DNA of 64,000 bases, from positions 139,130,001 to 139,194,000 of the forward strand of contig CM059431.1 in the NCBI GenBank assembly GCA_030390025.1, read 5' to 3'. Source of the DNA: Squalus acanthias. Its lineage: Eukaryota. This document shows positions 1 through 12,057 of this stretch, piece after piece (the stretch's first letter is position 1; the number at the start of each line of letters is the position of its first letter). Made by a program: the position numbers and the translations under genes. The notes beneath the pieces are model-generated. The model was not told the DNA's origin. It searched no databases and saw only the letters and a list, made by a program, of their open reading frames with translations.

Positions 1-358
1 TTCCCTGTATCTGCGATATTGATTCATTTATTGGGGGTCATCTATCATCATTCCAATTGTGTTTCCCTCTATCTGTGACGTTGATTCATTTATTGGGGGT
101 CATCTGTGTTCATTCCAAATGTGTTTCCCTGATTCTGTGATATTGATTCGTTTATTGGGGCTTCTGTCTTCATTCCAAAGCTATTTCGCTGTATCTGTGA
201 TATTGACTCATTTATATGGGCATCGTTCTTCATTAAAAATGTGTTTCCCTGTATCTGTGATTTTTATTCATTTATTGGCGGTCATGTGTCTTCATTCCAA
301 ATGTGTTTCCCTCTTTCTTTGATATTGATTCATTTATTGGGTCTCATCTGTCTTAATT
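1..358. repeat. ~61-bp tandem satellite, left part
   Basis: Unit ttccctgtatctgtgatattgattcatttattgggggcatctgtcttcattccaaatgtgt recurs at about 1, 64, 125, 185, 246 and 308. Confidence 0.95.
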
Positions 359-1826
359 AAGATGGAGAGTGAAGTAGTTGACTCAGAGACTAGGGTCCTG
401 AATTTAAATAAAGGAAACTACGATGGTATGAGGCGCGAATTGGCTAGGATGGATTGGGGAACGTTACTTAAAGGGTTGACGGTGGATAGGCAATGGCAAA
501 CATTTAAAAATCGCATGGATAAACGACAGAATTTGTTCATCCCTGTTTGGCATAACAATAAAACAGAAAAGGTGACACAACCGTGGCGAACAAGGGAAAT
601 TAGGGATAGCATAAGATCCAAGGAGAGAACATATAAATTGGCCAGAAAAAGCAGCAAACCTGAGGATTGGGGTCAGTTTAGGATTCAGCAAAGGAGGACA
701 AAGGGATTAATTAAGAGGGGGAAAATAGACTATAAGAGTAAGTATGCAGGGACATAAAAACTGACTGTAAAAGCTGCTATAGATATGTGAAGCGAAAAAG
801 ATTGGTGAAGTCAAGCGTAGGTCCATTGCTGTCAGAATCAGGGGAATTTATAATGGGGAACAAAGAAATGGTAGACCAATTAAATACATACTTTGGTTCT
901 GTCTTCACAAAGGAGGACACAAATAACCTCCCAGAGATATCGGTGAACATAGCGTCTACTGAGAGAGTAGAACTGAATGAAATCATTATTTGTAGGGAAA
1001 TGGCGTTAGGAAAATTGACGGGATTGAAGGCCGATAAACCCCAGGGCCTGATAATCTACATCCTAGGGTACTTAAGGAAGTGGCCCTTGAAATAGTAGAT
1101 TCATTGCTGGGCATCTTCCAAAATTCTATAGACACTGGAACAGTTCCCATGGATTGTAGGTTAGCTAATGTAACCCCACTATTTAAAAAAGGTGGGAAAG
1201 AGAAAATGGGGAATTATAGACCGGTAAGCCTGAAATCGGTAGTGGGGAGAATGCTACAGTCCATTAGAAAAGATGTAATAGCAGAGCACTTGGAAAACAT
1301 TGACAGGATCGGACAAACTCTATATGGATTTACAAAAGGTAAATCATGCTTGACTAATCTACTGGAATTTTTTGAGGATGTAACTGGTAGAATAGATAAG
1401 GGACAAGCAGTGGATGTGGTGTAGTTGGACTTTCAGAAGGCTTTCGATAAGGTCCCGCATAAGAGATTAGCGTGCAAAGGTAAAGCACATGGGATTGGGG
1501 GTAAGGTACTGACTTGGATAGAGATCTGATTGGCAGACAGGAAGCAAAGTGTTGGAATAAACGGGTCTTTTTCCGAGTGGAAGGCAGTGACTACTGGGGT
1601 ACCGCAGGGATCGGTGCTAGGTACCCAGTTATTCACAATATATATTAATGATCTAGACGTGGGAACTAGATGTAATATCTCCAAGTTTGCAGACGACACA
1701 CAGCTGGGTGGTGTGTGTGTTGTGAGGAGGATGCAGAGAAACTCCAGTATGATTGGGACAAGTTGGGTGATTGGGTAGATGCATGGCAGATGCAGTATAA
1801 TGTGGATAAATGCGAGGTTATCCACG

Positions 1827-2036
1827 ATGCGGAGATGCCGGTGTTAGACTGGGGTAGACAAAAGTGAGAAGTTGCACAGCACCAGGTTATAGTCCAACAG
1901 TTTTATTTGAAATCACAAGCTTTCGGAGCGTTGCTCCTTCGTCAGGTGAAGTAAAGGAATTCCTTTACTTCACCTGACGAAGGAGCAACGCTCCGAAAGC
2001 TTGTGATTTCAAATAAAACTGTTGGACTATAACCTG
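1827..2036. mobile_element. Short Penelope-like insertion: perfect 154-bp palindrome, 13-bp target-site duplication (TSD)
   Basis: 1883-1959 is the exact reverse complement of 1960-2036. gaggttatccacg occurs at 1814-1826 and 2036-2048. Confidence 0.85.
1970..2006 (+). ncRNA. Minimal type I hammerhead ribozyme motif (mirror copy on - strand at ~1913-1949)
   Basis: tcac-CTGACGA-a-ggagc-aac-gctcc-GAAA-gc-TT-gtga: catalytic core, stem II, palindromic AGCT stem III and stem I tcac/gtga. Confidence 0.7.
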
Positions 2037-2840
2037 AGGTTATCCACGTTAGTGGCAAAAACAGGAAGGCAGATTATTATCTGAACGGCAATAGATTGGG
2101 CAAAGGGAAAGTGCAACGAGACCTGGGAGTCCTTGTGCACCAGTCGTTGAATGTAAACTTGCAGCTGCAGCAGGCGGTTAAGAAGGCAAACGGTATGTTG
2201 GCCTTCATAGCGAGATGATTCGAGTACAGGAGTAAGGATTTCTTGCTGCAGTTGTACAGGCCCTTGGTAAGACCACACTTTGAGTATTGTGTGAAGTTCT
2301 GGCCGCCTTATCTGAGGAAGGATGTTCTTGCCATGGAGGGGTTGCAGCGAAGATTCACCAGACTGATACCTGGGATGGCAGAAATGACGTATGAAGAGAG
2401 ATTGGGACTATTGGGTTTGTATTCGCTAAAGTTTAAAAGAATGAGTGGGGATCTCATTGAAACTTATAAAATTCTAACAGGACTAGACAGACTAGATGCA
2501 GGAAGGATGTTTCCGATGGCGGGGGAGTCCAGAACCAGTGGTCACACTCTAAGGATAAGAGGTAAAGCCATTTAGGACAGAGATGAGGAGGAATTTCATC
2601 ATCCAGAGAGTGGTGAACCTTTGGAATTCTCTACCACAGAAGGCAGTTGAGGCCAATTCATTAAATATATTCAAGAATGAGTTCGATATATTTCTAAAGG
2701 CTAAAGGGATCAAGGGATATGGGGAGAAAGCAGAGACATGGTACTGAATTTGGATGATCAGCCATGATCTCATTAAATGGCGGAGCAGGTTCGAGGGGCC
2801 GAATGGCCTACTCCTGCTCCTATCTTCTATGTTTCTATGT

Positions 2841-3790
2841 AATTCCAAATGTGTTTCCCTGTATCTTTGATATTGATTCATTTATTGTGGGGCATCGGTC
2901 TTCATTGCAAATGTATTTCCACGTATCTGTGATATTGATAAATTTATTAGGGCATCTGCCTTCATTCCAAATGTGTTTCCTTGTATCTGTGAATTTTATA
3001 CATTTATTGGAGGTAATCTGTCTTCAGTCGAAACGTGTTTCCCTATATCTGTGATACTGATTCATTTATTGCGGCATCTGTCTTCAATCCAAATGCCTTT
3101 CCCTGTATCTGTAACACTGATTCATTTATTGCGGCATCTTGTTTTATTCCAAATGTGTTTCCCTGTATCTTTGATATTGTTTCATTTATTGGGGCATCTC
3201 TCTTAATTCCAAATTTGTTTCCCTGTATCTGTGATATTGATTCATTTATTGGGCCATCCGTTTTCCTCCAAATATGTTTCCCTGTATCTGTGATATTGAT
3301 TCATGTATTGGGGGGCATCTGACTTCATTCCAAGTGTGTTTCCCTGTATCTATGATATTGATTCATTCATTGGGGCATCTGACTTCATTACAAGTGTGTT
3401 TCCCTGTTTTCATTCCAAATGCATTTCCATCTAACTCTGATATTGATTCATTTATTGGGGGACATCCGTTTTTTTCCAAATGTGTTTCCCTGTATCTGAG
3501 ATATTTATTCATTTATTGTGGTCTTTGTCTTCATGCCAAATCAGTTTCCCTGTATTTGTGATAGTGATTTATTTTTTCGGCATCATCTGTTTTCATTCCA
3601 AATGTATTTCCCTGTATCTGTGATATTGATTCATTTATTGGTTGGGATCTGTTTTCATTCAAATGTGTTTCCCTGTATCTGTGATATTGATTCATTTATT
3701 GGGGGGCATCTGTCTTCATTCCAAATGATTTCCCTCTATCTGTGATATTGATTCATTTATTCGGGCATCTGTCTTCATTCCTTGTGTGTT
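2841..3790. repeat. ~61-bp tandem satellite, right part
   Basis: Same unit as 1-358, about 15 diverged copies. Confidence 0.95.
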
Positions 3791-4089
3791 TTGTAAGTAT
3801 GTATATCTCAATATTTTACTTTTAAATTACACAAAATTACATTCATATATAGCACAGACACACACAAATACAATGAAACTAACACAGAGATAGACCCAAA
3901 TATATTCATGATTAGTACGCAAATATACCCAAGTACATTTAGAATTATCACAGATGCAATTATATCTATATTATGTAATATATCTCATATTAGCAAAGTA
4001 CACTTTAAACTGGCACAGATAAAAAGCATCACACTCATGACATAAACACTGACTTTATATATAAACATCACAACCGCACAGTAGGCTAT

Positions 4090-4987
4090 TAAGAAGGCGG
4101 AGGTCCATGGAATTAATGAAAAGTGCTAGTATGGAAGCGGAATTGGCTCCGGAAGCAAATGGTGGTGATCGATTGATGCTTTTCCGATGGGATTGTGTGT
4201 TGCAGTGCTGTTCCCCAAAGGCCTATTTTGGATTCATTTCACTTTTCAATTTTTATAAACGACCTAGACTCTAATGTAGGGAGCAGCATTATACAGTTTG
4301 CAGATGTTACAAAACTTGGCAAGGTAGTAGATAGAGAGAAGGGTAGTTGTAGAATTCAGGATGTCATAGATATAGATAGAATAGTAAAATGATCAGAAGC
4401 ATGGCAGATGGAGTTCAATGCGGAGAACTGTGAAGTGATGCACTTTGGGAGAACTAATATGGAAAGGCAGTATTCGAAAAAAAGAGCGATTTTGGAAAGT
4501 TTAGATGAGCAGAGAGACCTTGGTGTCCATATACACAAATCCTTAATGTTGGCAGGGCAATTTGATAAGGTGGTTAAAAAAGCATGTGGGTTACTTTTGT
4601 TAATAAATAGAGGCACAGAATATAAAAGCAAACAGATAATGCTAGTTATAGAGTAGACAGAGAAAAAACTATTTAATCGGGCGAGATTTTCAATAACCGG
4701 AGATCATAGATTGAAAATCATTGGCTAATGATCGAGAGAGGGGATGAGGATATTTGTTTAACTCGGATAGTTGTCGGGATCTGAAAAGCACTACCGGAAA
4801 AGATGGTGGAAGCTGATTCCATAAATAATTTTAAAGTGATTTGGACATGTACTTGAGGATGAGAAACTTATAGGGTTACGGACAAGAAGCGGGGATGTGG
4901 TACTGAGCACGGCTGCTCTTTCTAAACAAGCACAGGCACGGCGGGCCTGATGACCTCCTCCTGTGCTGTGAGTTTCTATGATTCTAT
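4090..4987 (+). mobile_element. Old degenerate CR1 3' fragment
   Basis: IFINDLD..QFADVTKLG and MEFNAENCEVMHFG remnants; tail tttctatgattctat. Confidence 0.85.
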
Positions 4988-5439
4988 ATTTACACACACT
5001 GTTTATATTTTCACACGGCCTTGTTTGCAGGTCTAACTATTGTCTACATGCCGAAAGTTTAAATGTTTTTCAGAAGCTGCTCGACATGTTGTGTATCCTG
5101 AGCAGTTTCCCAGTCTGAGTCTATAAATCATTAAGGCTGCGTGTTAAAATCACATCGGGGTCAAAGCTCTCTTCAGCGTTGATTGGAGTCTGGATAATTC
5201 CAGAGGAATATTTTCTTTGCTTTATCGCAATAAACAGAACTTTGCTATAAAGTCTGTCTCACTAGTTCCCCGTGTCAGGGAGAGAAGCGCCAGATGCCCT
5301 CATTTATTTGAACTCACTTTCGCGGGCTTTGTTCCTCAGGGACTGGTGTCGGGAGCTGTAGCAGAGGGGCAGCACATTGAGTATTTGAACTCACTTTCGC
5401 GGGCATTTTTTCAAAGGCTTACCAATCTCGCAATCCGGC

Positions 5440-7545
5440 GGCGGCGTTCCAGAGCCACGTCACGATTCAAAAAGTGACGCGCGCAAGAGGAAGCAGCTGA
5501 TTCGGTGAGTACGAACAATACTGTATAGTTTGACAGTTAAGGTTAAAAGTTTATAAAGTTTAGAAGGTCTTAATTTTTGTAGTTTATAGTTTCTAAGGTC
5601 TCTGTTGTGTAGCGGGGAGCGCTAGTAAACAAGAGCCCTTGACTATATCATTTAATTGTAGGTTAATTAAAGGCATTGATCTGATTTAATTTAATTTGTA
5701 TTAAAAAAAGGGTAAGTCCTGGCAGCACAGCTCGGCCCCGTGGCATGCTCCTCCTGCACTATGTGGGAAATCAGGGACACTTTCTGTGTCCCTGACGACC
5801 ATGTGTACAGAAAGTGTATCCAGCTGCAGCTACTGGCAGAACGCATTGCGGCGCTGGAGCTCCGAATAGATACATACTGGAGCATTCGCGATTCTGAGGA
5901 CGTCGTGGATAGCACTTTTAGGGAGTTGGTCACACCGCAGGTAAAGGCTGCACAGCCATGAAGGGAATGGGTGACCGCCAGGCAGAGTAGTAGGCGTAGG
6001 CAGGTAGTGCAGGGGTCCCCTGTGGCCATCTCCCTCTCAAACAGATATACCGCATTGCATATTGTTGGGGGAGATGGCTTATCGGTGGAATGCAGCAGCA
6101 ACCAACTTCCTGGCACCATGGATGGTTCTGTTGCACAGGACGGGAGGAAAAAGAGCGGGAGAGCTAAGCAATTGGGGATTCTATTGTAAGGGGAACAGAT
6201 AGGCGTTTCTGCGGACGCAAACGAGTCTCTAGGATGGTATGTTGCCTCATTGGTGCAAGGGTCAAGGATGTCTCGGAGCTGCTGCAGGGCATTCTGGAGG
6301 AATTTTTTGAGGATGTAACTGGTAGAATAGATAAGGGAGAACCAGCGGATGTGCTATATTTGGACTTTCAGAAAGCTTTCGATAAGGTCCCACATAAGAG
6401 ATTAGCGTGCAAAGTTAAAGTACATGGGATTGGGGGTAAAGTACTGACTTGGATAGAGAACCGGTTGGCAGACAGAAAGCACAGAGTAAACCGTTCATTT
6501 TCCGAGTGGCAGGCCGTGACTAGTGTGGCACCGCAGGGATCGGTGCTAGGACCCCAGTTAGTCACAATATATATTAATGATCTAGACGAGGGAACTAGAT
6601 GTAATATCTCCAAGTTTGCAGATGACACAAAGCTCGGTAGGCTTGGGTGCTGTGAGGAAGATGCAGAGAAACTCCAGTATGATTTGTACAGATTGGGTGA
6701 TTGAGCACATGCATGGCAGATGCAGTATAATGTGGATAAATGTGAGGTTATTCACTTTGGTGGCAAAAACAGGAAGGCAGATTATTATCTGAACGGCAAT
6801 AGATTGGGAAAAGGGGAAGTGAAACGAGACCTGAATGTCCTTGTGCACCAGTCGCTGAAGCAAAGTATGCAGGTGCAGCAGGCGGTTAAGAAGGCAAATG
6901 GCATGTTGGACTTCATAGCGAGAGTATTCGAGTACAGGAGCAAGGATGTCTTGCAGCAGTAGTACAGGGCCTTGGTGAGACCACACCTTGAGTATTGTGT
7001 GCAGTTTTGATCGCCTTATCTGAAGAAGGATGTTTTTGCCATGGAAGGAGTGCAGCGAAGATTCACCAGACTGATACCTGAGATGGCAGGAATAACGTAT
7101 GAGGAGAGATTCGTTCGATTAAGCTTATATTCGCTAGAGTTCAGAAGAATGAGAGGGGATCTCATTGAAACGTATAAAATTCTAACATGACTAGACAGAC
7201 TAGATGCAGGAAGGCTGTTCCCGATGGCGAGGGAGTCCAGAACCAGGTGTCACAGTCTAAGGATAAGGGGTAAGCCATTTAGGACTGAGATGAGGAGGAA
7301 TGTCTTCACCCATAGAGAGTTGAACCTGTGGAATTCTCTACAACAGAAGGCAGGTGAAGACAATTCATTAAATATATTGAAGAAGGAGTTAGATATATTT
7401 CGTAAGGCTAAAGGGATCAAGGGATATGGGGAGAAAGCAGCGACAGGGTACTGAATTTGGATGATCAGCCATGATCTCATTAAATGGCGGAGCATGCTCG
7501 AGGTGCCGAGTGGCCTACTCCTGCTCCTATCTTCTATGTTATTTA
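5440..7545 (+). mobile_element. CR1 LINE with 5' UTR and ORF1 joined to the RT by an internal deletion
   Basis: ORF1 Zn-finger/coiled coil (CSSCTMWE...RKCIQLQLLAERIAALE) and esterase start (VCCLIGARVKDV) run straight into EFFEDVT...KAFDKVPH at ~6298. 3' tail present. Confidence 0.9.
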
Positions 7546-7857
7546 ATGTAACAAACAGACACAAACACACGTGTTAAGTAACGTGTTCCACACAGCTTGA
7601 TAAGCCCTGGCCCCTCCCCACTTCTAGCGGATCTCCCAATGCGCTTCATAGAGTTGTGATCAAAAATATGAAAGCCAAAACCAAAGGATGAGCTGTGAAG
7701 ACGTCATCTCCTTTATGACTCCTCAAACCTTATGGTTTTAAGGAGTCTCTTAAAGGAGAAGTTAGCAAGATTTGGGGAGGAAATTCCAGATAGAGAGGAC
7801 AGATTATAACAGTCTATTTGTAGTGTGAAGAAAGAGGGGGATGCACAAGAGACTGGA

Positions 7858-8850
7858 GTCATAGAATCATTGAATCTTAGGATCATAGAATCTTACAGCA
7901 CAGAATGAGGCCATTCGGCCCGTCCTGCCTGTGCCGGCTCTTTGAAAGAACTCTCCAATTTAGTCCCACACTCCAGCTTTTTCCCCATAACACTGCTAAT
8001 TAGTTCTCTTCAAATACAGGGCCAATTGCCTTTTGAAATTTCCTATTGAATCTGATTCCACCATCCTTTCAGGTAATGGCCCAGAAATTGCAGTGTGAGG
8101 GTTCGTGCGAGGGTAAGCCCTTCCCGCGATGTCTCACTGCGCCTTGGCTTTTTCAGTCCCAGCTCGCTGGAACTTCATGTCCCAGCCATCAGCTGCGAGT
8201 GCATCGTGATTCCACAGTGCGGAGTTAGTTCGAGTGCACTGTGGGATCACGTGACTGAGTTACAGCCAATGGCAGCACACCAAGCTCTCATTCATAGAAT
8301 TCACAGCGGCCATTGAACTGCTGTGAAAACTAGGAATACAACAAGCCCCCAAAAGAAGAGCTAAACCTCCATTAAATTAAAAAAAAAACCCATCACATTA
8401 TTAAAATAAGTGTAATTAAATAAATTAACCTTTTTAAACAAAAAAATAAATTTTTGAAAAAATTTTAAATCTTTTAAAATGTTATAAAAATAAACTTACC
8501 TGTCTTTAAAGTCGCTACTAAAGATTTACCTGTAAAAAAAAATTCTAAATACTACTTAATTATGTACTTACCTGGTTAAAAGAGGCTCCTGCGCCTGCTT
8601 TTTACTTTTCCAGAATCTTCAATACTTACCTGCGTGCGCAAGCGATGAAGTGCACTGCGTGCGCGCAGCCTGTAGCGCGCACGCGGTGCACTGAGGACCC
8701 GCCCCCTTTCACTTCCATCAATTGCCGGTTTTCAGTGCATGCGCAGTGCATGCTGAAAACCGGCAATTGAAGTCTGGCTGCGCGAGTGTACACTGTGCGT
8801 ACTCTCGCGCAGCCGGATCAATTTCTGGGCCAATATATTCCGGATCTTAA
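7858..8850 (-). mobile_element. CR1 3'-end fragment interrupted by a MITE
   Basis: catagaatc tail followed by cagcacagaatgaggccattcggccc...attgaatctgattccacc; continues after 8834. Confidence 0.7.
8078..8831. mobile_element. Non-autonomous DNA transposon (PIF/Harbinger-like MITE)
   Basis: 13-bp terminal inverted repeats ggcccagaaattg (8078-8090) and caatttctgggcc (8819-8831). 3-bp TSD AAT. No ORF. Confidence 0.8.
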
Positions 8851-9294
8851 AAACGTTCTTGTATCGGGATACTTAAATGGTATCAAGCCTACAGCAGGTC
8901 CCTGAATAACTAAAACGTAGAAGGAAAGCTACCACTAAGGAAGCTGCACCTCCCCATACGGAATCAGCCAGTCAATGAGGTTCTTCAGGAATAAAAAAAA
9001 TCCTTTCAGCCATTGTAAATAACAATAACAGGCTGTGCAAAGAATTCTCCCAATGGCCCCGCTCGTTATTTTGGCAATTATTTTATTCAATGAGCTCTGG
9101 TTGCCGAACCATGGACCAGAGGAAACAGTTTCTCCCGACGTGCTCTATCATAACTTTGAATACCTCTGTTAGATCGCCCTTAACCTTCTCTGCTCGAACA
9201 ATCGCAGGGTTAGTTTTCAAATACAATGGGCCGACAAGACAGCTGCAGCTAATTCCGCAAAATACAATTGTTCAGGGAAGTGAAACAATTGCTA

Positions 9295-9350
9295 TGTTAG
9301 AAGTGACATTCGAACCGATGCCATCGGAGAAGACTGCGACCTGAACGCAG
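9295..9350 (-). pseudogene. tRNA-Leu(CAG) pseudogene, 3' two-thirds
   Basis: Reverse strand CTGCGTTCAGGTCGCAGTCT...GGTTCGAATGTCACTTCTAACA resembles vertebrate Leu-CAG. 5' part is missing. Confidence 0.75.
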
Positions 9351-9619
9351 TCATTTCCCCAAAGAGGCCCAGAGAAGGTATCACTCATTCCGGTCGGATG
9401 TAAATGCTGGAAGTCTTAGTGACCTTAAACAACATCACTTCTGTCCCACACTAAAAACTCTCAATCCTTCTCCTCCGTTGCCTTTTACAGACATTTCACT
9501 GATCGAAACCACACAAGTCACGAAGGAAATTGATTTTTTTAAGTGATTATCAATCCGGAGGAGCTCCGTAATTGTCCTCCCCCAGTCTCCTCAATCAGAC
9601 AATTCCCGCCAGCTTCCTT

Positions 9620-9855
9620 CACATAGAATCATAGAATTCTAGAACGAGACAGCACAGAAGGTCATTCGGCCCATCGTGCATGTGCCGGCTTTTTGGTAGA
9701 GCTTTCCAATTAATCCTGTATTGTTTCCCTTCAAGTTATTACCCGGTTCTCTTTTGAAAATTGCTATTGAATCTGCTTCCACCACCATTTCAGATAGTGC
9801 ACTCCAGATCACAACAACTCGCTGTGTAAAAAAAGGTTTTCTCATCTCGCCTGAG
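9620..9855 (-). mobile_element. CR1 3'-end fragment
   Basis: catagaatcatagaa tail; translation FFTQRVVVIWSAL..VVEADSI. Confidence 0.8.
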
Positions 9856-9939
9856 TTCTCATAACCCCTGCTCCCATTTTTCATGCAGTAAGATTTTGCC
9901 ACACCCTTTGCAACATTTTATCTTTCCTGCCTCTTACCT

Positions 9940-10195
9940 CAGCACAGTATATTCCTACAATTCTTCCCTCCCCTCCCACGCACCACCAACCCCCGCCCCC
10001 CCCCCCCGCTCTCTGCACCAGCTTAATATCTGTTACATCTCCAGCTTTATCCATATCTGATGAAGGGTCCCAGACCTGAAAAGTTAACTCTGTTTCACTC
10101 TCCACGGATGCTGCCTGACCTGCTGAGTGTTTCCAGCATTTTTTGTTCTAATTTCAGATTTCCAGCGTCCGCAGTATTTTGCTATTGAATTAAGA
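9940..10195 (+). mobile_element. Penelope-like terminal-repeat remnant with degenerate hammerhead motif
   Basis: ctgatgaagggtcccagacctgaaaagttaactc...gatgctgcctgacctgctgag...tttccagcgtccgcagtattttgc; homologous to 21150-21340. Confidence 0.75.
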
Positions 10196-10296
10196 GAAAG
10201 GTGTCGGATAAAGACCCATTTTCAGCGCGCTGATACTGCCGCGGAAATTCGGATCTGCGGTTCATCCGAGAGAGCAACATAAGAACTTAAAATATT

Positions 10297-10369
10297 CGCC
10301 CAACGTGGTGTGCGAGCGCACGATCTTGAGATTAAGTGTCTCATACTCTACCGACTGAGCTAGCCGGGC
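10297..10369 (-). pseudogene. tRNA-Lys(CTT) pseudogene
   Basis: Reverse strand GCCCGGCTAGCTCAGTCGGTAGAGTATGAGACACTTAATCTCAAGATCGTGCGCTCGCACACCACGTTGGGCG, 73 nt; T-arm/B box destroyed. Confidence 0.88.
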
Positions 10370-10939
10370 ATAGCAAATATTGGCGTCCTTGACGGTTATT
10401 GCAGAGAGGCGGCTGTTGGCTCCGCCCCAGGGGTGCAGCTTCTTCTGCAATCTATGAACCGGACTCTCCTGAATTTCCAGGTGTATAAGGAAGCCAACTA
10501 TCAAACCTTTCGGAAGACCAGACAGGAGTGACTTATGTTACGGAGATGGGAATATATTTTATGATGAAGAGGATATTAGCTTTGGAGGATCAGTAGAGGA
10601 ATGGACTCGATGGCAAGCGGACAGAGATTGTTCCAAGGACTGAAGTCGATGGTTTTACTCTTCATACTGTTATTTTCCGCCGGTTGGTCATTCGGAAGCA
10701 TGCCTCTTTCATTGTGTGTCGCATATTTCCTCAACCTGTCTGTTTACCGCACACATGTTAAATGACCGTCTGTTTTGATGGAGCTTTTAACTTTTGTGGA
10801 CATCTTGGTTTGGGGATGTGACGATGTACGTCAAAACGTGCCGTGGATGGAGGTTGGGTTAATTTTCTGATAAAAAAACAATCAACTGGGCCGAAACATC
10901 AGCTGCAGCTAATACAACAAAATATCAAACCTGTTACAT

Positions 10940-11627
10940 CTCTATGGTGATAGGGCAGGTTGAGAAAGCGGTTAAAAAAGCATGCGGGATCCTGGGCTTC
11001 ATAAATAGAGGCTAGAGTACAAAAGCAAGCGAGTTATGATGAAACTTTATAAAACAATGTTTCGGCCTCAACTGGAGTATTGTGTTCAATTCTGAGCACT
11101 GCACTTTAGTAAGGATGTGAAGGCCTTAGAGAGGGTGCAGAAAAGATTTAGAAGAATCGTTCAAGCGATGAGGGACTTCAGTTACGTGTATAGACTGGAG
11201 AAGCTGGGGTTGTTCTCCTCAAACCACAGAAGATTGAGAGGAGTATTGATAGAGGTGTTCAAAATCATGAGTGGTCGAGACAGAGTAGGTAGAGATAAAC
11301 TGTTCACATTGGCGGAAGGTTCGAGAACCAGAGGACACAGATAAAAGATGATTGGCAGAAGATACAAAGGCGACATAAGGGAAATCTTTATTATGCAGCG
11401 AGTGGTTATGATCTTGAATGCACTGCCTGGAAGAGTGGTGGAGGCAGATTCAATCGTGGCTTTCAAAAGGGAATTCAATAAGTACCTGAAGGAAACAAAC
11501 TGCTGGGCTAGGGGAAACGGCGGTGGAGTGGGCCTAGCTGAAGTGCTCTTGCAGAGAGCCGGCACGGGCTCGAGGGGCCGAATGATCCCCTTCTTTGCTG
11601 TAATCTTTCTATGATTCTACGATTCTA
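10940..11627 (+). mobile_element. CR1 3' fragment
   Basis: ALERVQKRF...RRLRGVLIEVFKIM; tail ttctatgattctac. Confidence 0.88.
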
Positions 11628-11770
11628 ACTTCTCCCAATTCTGATGAAAGATCATCGAGCTGAAACGTTAATTCTGTTTCTCTCTCCACAGAAGCTGCCT
11701 GTCCTGCTGAGCATTTCCACCATTTTCTGTTCTTATTTCAGATTTCCAGCATCCGCAGTGTTTGCCTTTT
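11628..11770 (+). mobile_element. Penelope-like terminal-repeat remnant
   Basis: ctgatgaaagatcatcgagctgaaacgttaattctg...tttccagcatccgcag. Confidence 0.7.
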
Positions 11771-12057
11771 TTCCCGTAAATAATTTTTTGCCTTTCGATT
11801 GAAGACACGAAAAGCCGAGATAATTATTGTTTTCAACACGGCGGCTGAAAATGGCCGGGATGACACGTGACAGGAGTCCTTTCTGAATTATTTAAAGGTA
11901 GATTCTAAAAATTGGCGAGTGCTAATTTAAAATCACGGTTACAGTTTGTTTCAGTATAAAAGGAGTGGATTGAAAATAACAATAAAACACCAGGCAGCGC
12001 CCGCGGTGAGACAGATTCGAACTCCTGATGCAGTTGGTGCTGCGAAGTAACCGCTGA

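Larger units (their letters stand above)
359..2840 (+). mobile_element. 5'-truncated CR1 LINE (ORF2 RT) inserted into the satellite; disrupted
   Basis: ORFs contain GNYRPVSL, KSCLTNLLEFFE, GVPQGSVLG, KFADDT and LVRPHFEYCV. CR1 3' end with ttctatgtttctatg tail. Satellite resumes immediately after. Confidence 0.95.

Noticed and set aside
59..3745. Cys/Phe-rich ORFs (MFPCICDIDSFIG...)
   Set aside because: Translations of the ~61-bp satellite; frames shift between units.
8622..8632. U1 snRNA 5' end (ATACTTACCTG)
   Set aside because: The rest of U1 is absent; the motif is a repeat inside the MITE.
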